From Kiritimatiellia bacterium (lineage in GTDB: Bacteria; Verrucomicrobiota; Kiritimatiellia; RFP12; UBA1067), in the NCBI GenBank assembly GCA_045630425.1, contig JAZQTB010000100.1, forward strand, positions 1 to 62,239: DNA of 62,239 nucleotides, read 5' to 3'. The first letter of the stretch is position 1. The number at the start of each line of letters is the position of its first letter. Positions 47,954 to 55,845 of this stretch are shown here, in pieces. The notes under the pieces are model-generated. The model worked only from the letters and a program-made list of their open reading frames with translations, was not told where the DNA came from and did not search any database. Made by a program: the position numbers and the translations under genes.

Positions 47954-48174
47954 GTCTTGCGTATTTGGCTTTACCTGAAAACGACCAAAATTCCAGAAGG
48001 AGCCGGATATGTAGGATGCGTCACGTAGTGTATTCTGCGTGGCGTGTCTTCTGTTCGTGTTTCTTCAAGGCGCTTGGTCGTGCCTCAGGTAAAACATGGA
48101 TTTTGAAAGGCACGCCACTCTTCTTTTCTGCGCCAAGAGTGTTAACGTGCAAGGGAAACGGCGTGGAGAAGGAG
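47944..48174 (+). promoter_or_regulatory. conserved ~230-nt structured leader (module Z), copy 1, upstream of the Mrr-like gene
   Basis: Alignable over its whole length with 57253-57484. Three hairpins with invariant stems plus an alternative 8-bp pairing. Ends in GGAGAAGGAG 9 nt before ATG 48184. Confidence 0.7.
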
Positions 48175-48183
48175 AAATGAAAA

Positions 48184-49113
48184 ATGGAAAAACATTATTG
48201 GCTTCATCGTGCAAGTTACGAGGGTGGCTTGGTTATTTTAGAAAAGGAAAAGAAGCTGACAATAGGTTATTCGGATGCGGCTAGTGATGATGAAATGAAT
48301 ATGGCTTTCGCACAAAAGAATTATGATTCTTTTTGTTTGGCTTATACTAATGTTTATAATGGTAATATTGAGCGGTCTAAAAATAATCTGTGGCGCTTTG
48401 TTATTGAGATGCGGAAGGATGATATTGTAGTTGTGCCTTGCCCTTGGGGGTTTTATCTTTGTCGAGTGAACGGAGAGGCTGCTAAATGCAATAGAGATGG
48501 ACTTGATCTTGGATGGGAACGTGATGTTGAATTGCTTTCAGAAAAGCCTAAAACTCCCCGAGAATCGTATGCTAAATCAGGTCTGCTAAGTCGTATGAAG
48601 TGTTGTCAAACAACACTTTGTATTGATGATTTAAAGGAAGAAGTTGAATTGGCGATAAAACAAAAAACGCCATTTGATTTTGTTGGGGATGTAGCTAAGG
48701 TCATTCTTGAAAAATTTAAGGAACAAGGAAGCCCAGAGGGATTTGAGAATTATGTTGCAGCTGTCTTTGAGGCGATGGGAGCTGAAGTAGAAATTCTTCC
48801 TCGTAATTATTCAGGGAAGAAAGGAGATTGTGATGTCGAGGCTGTTTTCCCATTAATAAAGCTTGTAATATCAGTTCAATGCAAGAAACATGATGGAATT
48901 ACAGATGATTTTGCAGTGGAACAGATTAATTCATATGAAGCTAATGATAGAAGGAATGATCAAGATAGGTGGGATTACTGGAAATGGGTGGTGACAACGG
49001 CAGAAAAGTTTTCAGAAAATGCTGTTAAAAAGGCGAATGAAAACAATATTAGGCTTGTGACAGGGGTTGAATTTTGTAGGATGCTGCTAAATGGTGGTAT
49101 TAAAGTGATATGA
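48184..49113 (+). CDS. Mrr-cat (PD-(D/E)xK) restriction-endonuclease-like protein with an unassigned N-terminal domain
   Basis: The C-terminal half reads FENYVAAVFEAMGAEVEIL...GKKGDCDVEAV....ISVQCKKH...VVTTAEKFSENAVKKANENNIRLV.G..F, which matches the Mrr_cat D..(D/E)xK layout. The N-terminal ~150 aa are unrecognised. Confidence 0.7.
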   Translation: MEKHYWLHRASYEGGLVILEKEKKLTIGYSDAASDDEMNMAFAQKNYDSFCLAYTNVYNGNIERSKNNLWRFVIEMRKDDIVVVPCPWGFYLCRVNGEAAKCNRDGLDLGWERDVELLSEKPKTPRESYAKSGLLSRMKCCQTTLCIDDLKEEVELAIKQKTPFDFVGDVAKVILEKFKEQGSPEGFENYVAAVFEAMGAEVEILPRNYSGKKGDCDVEAVFPLIKLVISVQCKKHDGITDDFAVEQINSYEANDRRNDQDRWDYWKWVVTTAEKFSENAVKKANENNIRLVTGVEFCRMLLNGGIKVI

Positions 49114-49130
49114 TAAAGGAGGATGTTATA

Positions 49131-51281
49131 ATGATAGTAGGAGTTTGTAGAATCTTAAGTTTGGTTATTATTGCTACTTGTTGTACTTGTAGACTGCAAG
49201 CCATGGTATACGAGCCTTATATGGGGTGGAATTTTGTGACCGAAGGTGATGTAGTTGTATTTGGAGGTAGGTATTCTATTGGCGGTATTACAGATTATTT
49301 TAATGCTTCATATGGGGGAACATCGCAAAAGCCTAATGCTGGTACAGTAGAAATTCCATCTCATTCTTATGACGGGAAACCCCTTGTTGCGATAAGGGAT
49401 TGCGCATTTGCTTATTGGGATGGCGTCCAGGAATTTATAATACCTAGTACAGTGACAAATCTCTCTTCTTTGGCTTTTATGAGGAAGCATCCTTTGTATA
49501 GTGTTTGGTATGAGTTAGGTAGTGTTACATCTTTGGTATTTAAAGGTAATGCTTCTTATATTGAATATCCTTCGAGTTTCAAAGAAGCCTTGCCAAATTG
49601 TACTGTATATGTTTCAGTTTCTTCATCTGGGTGGAGAACGGATATTCCAGGAATGTGGAATGGATTGCCAATTAGATATTTGGAACAATTTTATTCCGTA
49701 AAATTTAACGCCAACGGCGGTACTGGGACGATGGCAAATCAGTCGTTCGTTTATGGAACATCGCAGAATTTGACGGCTAATGGTTTTAGTCGTGACGGTT
49801 ATTCATTCGTTGGCTGGGCGACGAGTGCTAATGGTGCGAAGGTGTATTCAGATAAGGAAAGCGTAAAGAACCTAACTACCACAGCTAATGGAACTGTGAA
49901 TCTGTATGCGGTCTGGGAGAGTATATTCGGTATTGAGAATGTTATCTCAAGGCCTCGTTATCCGTGGAGCGGCAAGGTGGATATTGATGTGACAGTGAAG
50001 GGGGCGGAAAACGAAGATTATTTAGTTTCTCTCGTTGTTCGTGATTTGGATGGCGGCACGAATCTCCCCTTGCGTACCGCGTGGCAAGCGGGCGGCACAG
50101 TGACGAACAATGCCTTTATTGTAAAACCTGGTGCGCATCGCTTTACGTGGGATGCGGCAACGGATATTACGAATGACTGCGATTTCGCCAATGTTGTGGT
50201 AAATGTATCGGCGGAGCATAGCGCGATTATTGGAGCGAAGAAGGTATTGACGCTTGAGGTTGCGGACTATGCAGGAACAGAGACGCTTGCGAATGTGCCG
50301 GTATTAGTGCGGCTTTCGACGGCGATAAATGGATTTAGCTATGCCGATTTCGTTGATACGAATGGCGGTGATTTAATATTCACCGATGAGAGTGGAAGCA
50401 TTGTCTATCCGCATGAGATCGACGAATGGCATACGGACGGTGAATCGCTTGTATGGGTGAAGTTGCCGCAGATGGCGAATGGTACAAAGTTCAAGATGGC
50501 TTACGGCAACTCACAACTTATAACTCATAACTCACAACTCTCATCGCACGAAGTGTGGCGCGACTATGCTGGTGTTTGGCACATGAACGAAGATTCGGGG
50601 ACGGCGTATGACTCTACGGCGAATGGGTTGGATGGGATTCCAAGCAAGGGCACAAATGAACTCGCCGATATAAGTCAGATGGTTGCGTATGAGAATGGTG
50701 CGTGTGGCAGGGCGAGGGTGAATGGGGCGATGAATGGCAGCAGCCTAAATTATATGTGCGTTCCAGCGAGTAGAAAGTTTTATTTTGGAGGACACTTTGT
50801 TGCGTCTGGCTGGTTTATGGCTAATGATATTGCGGAAAATGATGATCCTCGCCTGATTTCAAAGAAAAATGGTATCTCATATGCATTTAAGAACAAAGCA
50901 GGATTTGAAATTAATTATGAGAATGCTTTGACTAATTTGTTAGTAAGAGGACAGGGCACTTCAAACTTTATTACTAATACCCCATCAATATTAAACTCAT
51001 GGGTAAATCTCGTAGTTGTTTTTTCAGGTACAAATGTAACGGTTTATGCGAATGGGAAGAATGTCGGCTCGGGAATTATTTCTGAAGTATTAGATAATGA
51101 CGATTATCTTACACTTGGTGGAGGTGATGACCCGTATTCATTAAACGGTCAATACGACGAAATCCGCCTGCGAGGCGGGTCGCTTTCGGCGGATTGGATT
51201 AAGGCGGATTACGATATGATTGTGAATCGCAGCTTCTTGCGCTATGGGCCAGTGGAGAACGGGAAGGGTGTAGCGGAATGA
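49131..51281 (+). CDS. secreted multidomain surface protein: BspA-type LRR, Listeria-Bacteroides (InlB B-type) repeat, Ig-like, DUF2341-like and LamG-like domains
   Basis: ATG 49131 lies 7 nt after AAGGAGG; the ORF track starts at 49110. Hydrophobic N-terminus and LRR_5-like EIPSH..IRDCAF..EFIIPSTVTNLSSLAF. VKFNANGGTGTM..GYSFVGWAT, DLIFTDESG..YPHEIDEWH..LVWVKLP (DUF2341-like), and C-terminal LTLGG...YDEIRL (LamG-like). Confidence 0.7.
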   Translation: MIVGVCRILSLVIIATCCTCRLQAMVYEPYMGWNFVTEGDVVVFGGRYSIGGITDYFNASYGGTSQKPNAGTVEIPSHSYDGKPLVAIRDCAFAYWDGVQEFIIPSTVTNLSSLAFMRKHPLYSVWYELGSVTSLVFKGNASYIEYPSSFKEALPNCTVYVSVSSSGWRTDIPGMWNGLPIRYLEQFYSVKFNANGGTGTMANQSFVYGTSQNLTANGFSRDGYSFVGWATSANGAKVYSDKESVKNLTTTANGTVNLYAVWESIFGIENVISRPRYPWSGKVDIDVTVKGAENEDYLVSLVVRDLDGGTNLPLRTAWQAGGTVTNNAFIVKPGAHRFTWDAATDITNDCDFANVVVNVSAEHSAIIGAKKVLTLEVADYAGTETLANVPVLVRLSTAINGFSYADFVDTNGGDLIFTDESGSIVYPHEIDEWHTDGESLVWVKLPQMANGTKFKMAYGNSQLITHNSQLSSHEVWRDYAGVWHMNEDSGTAYDSTANGLDGIPSKGTNELADISQMVAYENGACGRARVNGAMNGSSLNYMCVPASRKFYFGGHFVASGWFMANDIAENDDPRLISKKNGISYAFKNKAGFEINYENALTNLLVRGQGTSNFITNTPSILNSWVNLVVVFSGTNVTVYANGKNVGSGIISEVLDNDDYLTLGGGDDPYSLNGQYDEIRLRGGSLSADWIKADYDMIVNRSFLRYGPVENGKGVAE

Positions 51282-51307
51282 ACCACAGACCAACACGAAC
51301 GCGAGGT

Positions 51308-51583
51308 TCAGAAAAGATCGCTGTGCGAGCCGGTGCGGGTCAATTCAAGGACGAGAACGTCCTCATGAATCTGGTAGATGAGCAACCAGTCGGGCGTAAT
51401 ATGGCATTCGCGGTGATTGGCCCAGTTGTTGCTGAGAGGGTGGTCGCGGTTTGCAGGGGAAAGGGGTTCGCCATTGGCGAGTTTGGTGACGATTGCATGA
51501 AGCCGTTCGACCGGCATATGTCGCCTCAGCATCAGTTTGTAGTCGCGCTTGAACGCAGAGGTGTGTCGGACGACATACTTCAT
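51308..51583 (-). CDS. yafQ: type II toxin, YafQ/RelE family mRNA interferase
   Basis: FKRDYKLM..., DHPLSNNWANHRECHITPDWLLIY....LELTRTGSHSDLF is near-canonical YafQ. ATG at 51583 overlaps the antitoxin stop (ATGA). Confidence 0.9.
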   Translation of the reverse strand: MKYVVRHTSAFKRDYKLMLRRHMPVERLHAIVTKLANGEPLSPANRDHPLSNNWANHRECHITPDWLLIYQIHEDVLVLELTRTGSHSDLF

Positions 51584-51849
51584 TTCGCCAAATCCTTCCA
51601 CATCTGCCCGAGATCCGTGTATGCTGGATGGTTCGGGTCGTGTGCGATGCGCTCGCCCTCTTCCATCGCCGCGATGGTCTCGGCGTTCGGCAATGGATCG
51701 GCCGAAATGGTGAAGGGTATGCGATTCTCCCGGATTACGGTTTTGATGTATACAGTGATTACTGATGACGCCGAAAGGCCGACGCTGTCGCAGAAGTCCA
51801 CAAAGCGCTTCTTGGTTGGGGCATCGAGTGAGAATGTCATGTTTGCCAT
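51580..51849 (-). CDS. dinJ: type II antitoxin, DinJ/RelB family
   Basis: MANMTFSLDAPTKKRFVDFCDSVGLSASSVITVYIKTVIRENRIPF is an RHH DinJ pattern. ATG at 51849 is preceded by AAGGAG; the ORF track's longer N-terminus is unlikely. Confidence 0.85.
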   Translation of the reverse strand: MANMTFSLDAPTKKRFVDFCDSVGLSASSVITVYIKTVIRENRIPFTISADPLPNAETIAAMEEGERIAHDPNHPAYTDLGQMWKDLAK

Positions 51850-52073
51850 AGTATTTTTACACTCCTTTGAATCAAAAACACGTATATCATACACTAAACT
51901 CACTGGTGTAGTCAAGGGTGCGGCATGTCAAGTAAGTGGCATGAAAGAATTTGAATGGAAAAAATGGGGAACCTCCAAATACATCAGTGGTAGACGTAGA
52001 TAATGGGTATATGATAAAATTATGCCATGAAAAGCGATGATAATATCAAAGAAAGATATTGTCCACGGTTGGT

Positions 52074-52082
52074 TGATAAAAT
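52074..52082 (+). promoter_or_regulatory. extended -10-like element TGATAAAAT, 10 nt upstream of the SNF2 helicase ATG
   Basis: TGATAAAAT at 52074-52082; a second copy lies at 52012-52020. ATG at 52093 has no SD. Confidence 0.35.
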
Positions 52083-52092
52083 GTAGCGGAAA

Positions 52093-54792
52093 ATGAGAAA
52101 ACAGAAGAAACCTTCGTTCGGTGTCGGTTGGGTTACGACAGATGAAGATGAACGCAACCTTCGTCGTTTTAGGGCGGAGACGGAGCCGATGACTGTTCGG
52201 TTTGTCGGAGATAAGTCGATTGCGCCGTTTGGTGATTATGATGTCATCAGCGTAGAGGACCGACAGAAGAAGTCGTATCGCGTTGAACTTCGTTCCCTGA
52301 CGAAATTCTCGAACACATGTTCATGCCCTGATTTTCGGAAAAGTGCGCTCGGAACATGCAAGCATATTGAGCGCGTTTTGCTCCGCGTAAAGCGCAAGGC
52401 GAAGGGACTTGTCCAGTCTCCATGCGGAGAGATATTCATGTCTCCTGATTTTAAGAATGTGTGTTTCCAGCGTGGCGATTCCATGGCTGACGGTGCGGCG
52501 GAAAGTCTCTCGCGGCATTTTACCGCTGAAGGACGATTGAAGATTGTTTCGCCGTTGGCGGTGGAAGCCTTGTTGACGACATGCGAGCGCCTTTTCCGAA
52601 AGTCGCCTGGTGTCATTCGTGTTTCTCCGGCAGTCACGGAATTTGCGAAGGATCTTCGGCAGAGAGAATACCTTGCATCTACGGTGGGGGCTTTCGCTTT
52701 GGAAATGGCATCGTGTGACGGGAAGTGGCCGTTTTTGAAAACTGGTCTCTATCCATATCAGGTTGAAGGGGCACTTCATTTGGCAACGAAGGGTCGTGCC
52801 ATTCTTGCCGATGAGATGGGGCTCGGGAAGACGGTTCAAGCGATTGCGGCGGCGCTTCTGTTGCAGGAAGTCGCAAAAATTAAGCGCGTTCTTGTTGTTG
52901 TTCCGACTTCGCTTAAAGGGGAATGGGCGGAGCAGATCGCGTTCTTTTCTGATGTTGAGACGGAACTGCTCTCAGGCGGACGCCGTGAACGGCTTGCACG
53001 TTATGTCGGGACTGGATCGTTTTTCCTTATCGCAAACTACGAGCAGATTATGCGGGATGGGATGGATGCGATCGACAGATTTAAACCGGATCTGATTATT
53101 CTTGATGAGGCGCAGCGGATTAAAAACTGGAATACGAAAACTGCTCGCACATTCAAGAAGTTGCAATCGCGTTTCGCGTTCGTTTTGACGGGAACTCCCC
53201 TTGAAAACCGTATCGATGAGTTTTATTCAATAGCGGAGTTTGTAGATCCGTCGCTGTTCGGAAGTCTTTTCCGCTTCAATCGGGCGTACTATCGGTTTGA
53301 TGAGAAGGGAAAATCGGCGGGCATGCAGAATCTTGACGATCTGCACGAGAAGGCGGCAACGATCATGCTGCGCCGCCGAAAGGATATGGTCGAGGACGAA
53401 TTGCCGGGACGCACTGACAAAAATTATTTCGTTCCGATGACAAAAGAGCAGAGTCTGCGTTACTGCGAGTTCGAAGACAAAGTGGCAAGGCTGTGCGCCC
53501 GCGCAAAGAAGCGGCCGCTTACAAAGGATGAGATGAAACTTCTACAGCGGCATCTCGCCTGTATGCGGATGTTGTGCGACACTTGCTTCATCTTGGATGA
53601 AGAAATTCGAGTGTCGCCTAAAATCGACGAAGCGATGGCAGTTTTTGAAGATATCTTTTCGTCCGATTCAAGTCGCAAAATTGTTGTGTTTTCCGAGTGG
53701 GTGAAGATGCTCGAGCTTCTTGAAGAACGGCTGAAAAAGGAAGGTGTCGGATTTGCCGTACATACCGGAAGCGTTCGTCAGGATCGGCGTCGTGAAGAGT
53801 TGAGGCGCTTCAAGACCGACCCGGATTGCCGGGTGCTGTTGTCGTCTGAAGCCGGCGGAGTGGGGCTTAATCTTCAAAATGCCAGCGTGGTGATGAATCT
53901 CGATCTTCCATGGAATCCGGCGAAACTTGAGCAGCGTATCGCACGTGCGTGGAGAAAGAAGCAAAGTCGTGAGGTTCTCGTAATCAATCTTGTATCTGAA
54001 GGAACGATAGAACAGCGGATGCTGGGTACGCTGAAGTTCAAGCAGGGCCTCGCCGATATGGTACTGGATGCACGCGGCGATGCATCTGATTTTGAGTCCG
54101 AAAAGTCCAAGAACGCATTTTTGGCGCGTGTCACATCGCTTATGGAATTTCAGCAGCCGGCGGTTGTGTGTGCAGACGGTACGGCAGGGACGCCTTCGGC
54201 AGAAAATGATTCTGAAAATGAAACATCGCAAAAGATGCGCATCGACGAAGTGTTGACAGAGGAAACGCTTATGCGTCTTGCCGAGTTGGAGAAACTTGGG
54301 CTCGTAACTCTTGGAGAGGAGGCGAAGAAGCGGCTTTCATTGTTGAACCAAGGCGGTGAAACTCAATCTTTCAAACGGCAGGATCGAAACCTTGCAATGG
54401 AGAAGCGGCTTACCGTTGCACGATCTGCAATGGAAAAGGCGAGGCGATTGGTACAGATGGGCGATCTTCTGCATGGAGGCGGTTTTGAGGAAGAGTCTAT
54501 GAAACCATATTGCGAGGCCGCTTCGCTTGCTGGTGCTGCGATCTTGTTTCTCGATGAAGGGAAGCGTAGTGGCGGTGAATCGGTTGATGATGTTCCTGAT
54601 GAGGTCTCGTCATTGACAAATGACGACTATTCTCATATTCAAAGAGAGGGAATGCTTTCCAAAGAAGTGATTGCAACGCTTGATTACGCTTTGGACAAGG
54701 GGTTCATTCCTAATGCAGAACATCGTATGAGAATCCTGATGGAAGAATGCGCGAATCTTGCTAATGGATTTGGTTCGAGAGGAATAAGGTGA
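52093..54792 (+). CDS. SWIM zinc-finger / SNF2-family helicase with a ~250-aa C-terminal extension
   Basis: SWIM CSCPDF..(8)..CKHIERV. SNF2 motifs LADEMGLGKTVQAIA, ILDEAQRIKN, LTGTPLENR. Helicase-C motifs SSEAGGVGLNLQ and WNPAKLEQRIARAWR. The last ~250 aa are unrecognised. Confidence 0.85.
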   Translation: MRKQKKPSFGVGWVTTDEDERNLRRFRAETEPMTVRFVGDKSIAPFGDYDVISVEDRQKKSYRVELRSLTKFSNTCSCPDFRKSALGTCKHIERVLLRVKRKAKGLVQSPCGEIFMSPDFKNVCFQRGDSMADGAAESLSRHFTAEGRLKIVSPLAVEALLTTCERLFRKSPGVIRVSPAVTEFAKDLRQREYLASTVGAFALEMASCDGKWPFLKTGLYPYQVEGALHLATKGRAILADEMGLGKTVQAIAAALLLQEVAKIKRVLVVVPTSLKGEWAEQIAFFSDVETELLSGGRRERLARYVGTGSFFLIANYEQIMRDGMDAIDRFKPDLIILDEAQRIKNWNTKTARTFKKLQSRFAFVLTGTPLENRIDEFYSIAEFVDPSLFGSLFRFNRAYYRFDEKGKSAGMQNLDDLHEKAATIMLRRRKDMVEDELPGRTDKNYFVPMTKEQSLRYCEFEDKVARLCARAKKRPLTKDEMKLLQRHLACMRMLCDTCFILDEEIRVSPKIDEAMAVFEDIFSSDSSRKIVVFSEWVKMLELLEERLKKEGVGFAVHTGSVRQDRRREELRRFKTDPDCRVLLSSEAGGVGLNLQNASVVMNLDLPWNPAKLEQRIARAWRKKQSREVLVINLVSEGTIEQRMLGTLKFKQGLADMVLDARGDASDFESEKSKNAFLARVTSLMEFQQPAVVCADGTAGTPSAENDSENETSQKMRIDEVLTEETLMRLAELEKLGLVTLGEEAKKRLSLLNQGGETQSFKRQDRNLAMEKRLTVARSAMEKARRLVQMGDLLHGGGFEEESMKPYCEAASLAGAAILFLDEGKRSGGESVDDVPDEVSSLTNDDYSHIQREGMLSKEVIATLDYALDKGFIPNAEHRMRILMEECANLANGFGSRGIR

Positions 54793-54815
54793 GAATCATA
54801 AGGAGTTCCTCTCTC

Positions 54816-54852
54816 CGTGTTTCGAGTTGTAGGAAAGAGAACCCGAAACACG
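54816..54852 (+). terminator. perfect 9-bp stem hairpin after the SNF2 gene (terminator-like, no T-run)
   Basis: CGTGTTTCG (54816-54824) / CGAAACACG (54844-54852) with a 19-nt loop. Confidence 0.3.
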
Positions 54853-54912
54853 CAACCAGAAATCAAACCAATGAGTGAGTATGATCAATTGTGAAATAAT
54901 ATCGTTCCATTG

Positions 54913-54941
54913 TTGACTTTAAGACCTGAAATTGAGATAAT
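54913..54941 (+). promoter_or_regulatory. canonical sigma70 promoter for the small-ORF/ART-like pair
   Basis: TTGACT (54913-54918), 17-nt spacer, GATAAT (54936-54941), then AGGAGG and ATG 54952. Confidence 0.6.
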
Positions 54942-54951
54942 AGGAGGCGTT

Positions 54952-55143
54952 ATGTGTGAAATGATTATATCAAAAAAAGTATGTCGTCGTACTCCTGTGA
55001 GAATCGCAAGGGATCGTGCGCTTGACGGTCTTGCTGAATATGTTCGCAAGCAGTGCGCAACACCACAGCGTTGTGCGCGGTACTTGGCTTCAGTCGGGCT
55101 TACTCGTTCGGCTAAGGGGCGCATTCTTGTTACGCCAATGTGA
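54952..55143 (+). CDS. 63-aa basic protein, candidate antitoxin/partner (possibly DUF3791-like)
   Basis: ATG 5 nt after AGGAGG, in the same frame as ORF-track entry 54910..55143. It ends 8 nt before the ART-like gene. AEYVRKQCATPQRCARYLASVGL loosely resembles DUF3791. Confidence 0.5.
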   Translation: MCEMIISKKVCRRTPVRIARDRALDGLAEYVRKQCATPQRCARYLASVGLTRSAKGRILVTPM

Positions 55144-55151
55144 TAATCTAA

Positions 55152-55709
55152 ATGTCGCATCGTCTTGAGTTCGTTTATGGTTATCATGGGTGTTGCAAAT
55201 CCGTGGCAGATTCTATTCTCTCTGGATCGGATGTATTGCTTTCTAGTGAAAACGATTACGATTGGCTCGGAACGGGCATTTATTTTTGGGAAGAAGCTCC
55301 TGCCCGTGCTTATGAGTGGGCGAAAAAACTGCATCCGAACGAACCTGCGGTGATTGGGGCAAAAATACGTCTCGGACGGTGTCTTAATTTGTTGGATGTG
55401 ACAGCTTATAAATCACTTCGCGACACATATAATATCTTGAAAGAGAATGTCTCTTTTCTGCTGCCGAGAAACGGAAAGCATTATCACCGACTTGATTGCC
55501 TTGTAATTAACACAGCAACGAGTTTTGCTGAAAAAGTTTTGGGGCTGCCATACGATACAGTAAGGTGTCCTTTCCCCGAAGGAGAGCCGGTTTTCCCTGG
55601 ATCGACCATTCTTGACCGTTCTCATATTCAGATAGCCGTTCGTAATCAGACGGCATTGGCGGAATTGTTCGCGGTTGACATCGCAAGTTTTGAAGGAAGG
55701 TGGGAGTAG
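55152..55709 (+). CDS. H-Y-type ADP-ribosyltransferase-fold-like protein (DUF3990-like), candidate toxin
   Basis: 185 aa. VYGYHGC (H motif), ~25 aa, DYDWLGTGIYFWEE..A.EWA (G-x-G-x-Y-F motif), and C-terminal SHIQIAVRNQTALAEL. The pattern matches my recollection of DUF3990 and the PARP-like H-Y-[E/x] clade. Confidence 0.45.
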   Translation: MSHRLEFVYGYHGCCKSVADSILSGSDVLLSSENDYDWLGTGIYFWEEAPARAYEWAKKLHPNEPAVIGAKIRLGRCLNLLDVTAYKSLRDTYNILKENVSFLLPRNGKHYHRLDCLVINTATSFAEKVLGLPYDTVRCPFPEGEPVFPGSTILDRSHIQIAVRNQTALAELFAVDIASFEGRWE

Positions 55710-55721
55710 TGTCTCGGGACA

Positions 55722-55825
55722 ATTTTTCACATCAGTAACCAAACAATGAAAGGAAGAAGAGATAACTGATTGAAATGATATAACCGATCGTAGTACATAG
55801 AACGGTCGGCTTCTCCACTTGGTTA
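55722..55825 (+). repeat. intergenic module X, copy 2
   Basis: About 90% identical to 47731-47832. It starts 12 nt after the stop of the ART-like gene. Confidence 0.85.
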
Positions 55826-55845
55826 GGGGTTAATAGAGAGGTAGA

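Noticed and set aside
48016-48180. Small protein encoded inside the conserved leader (54 codons in copy 1; ORF-track entries 47965..48180 and 57326..57532).
   Set aside because: The two copies end differently: a stop at 48178-48180 versus read-through into the next gene in another frame. No usable SD lies at proper spacing. Substitutions are split about evenly between synonymous and non-synonymous and cluster in hairpin loops. RNA structure explains the conservation better, although a micro-protein is not excluded.
51278-52003. 241-aa plus-strand ORF spanning the whole DinJ/YafQ locus.
   Set aside because: The opposite strand encodes a near-canonical YafQ toxin and DinJ antitoxin with an RBS and ATGA coupling. 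The plus-strand product has no motifs.
54885-55334. 149-aa minus-strand ORF across the small-ORF/ART-like module.
   Set aside because: It overlaps a plus-strand pair that has a canonical promoter, an RBS and tight spacing. Nothing supports the minus-strand frame.
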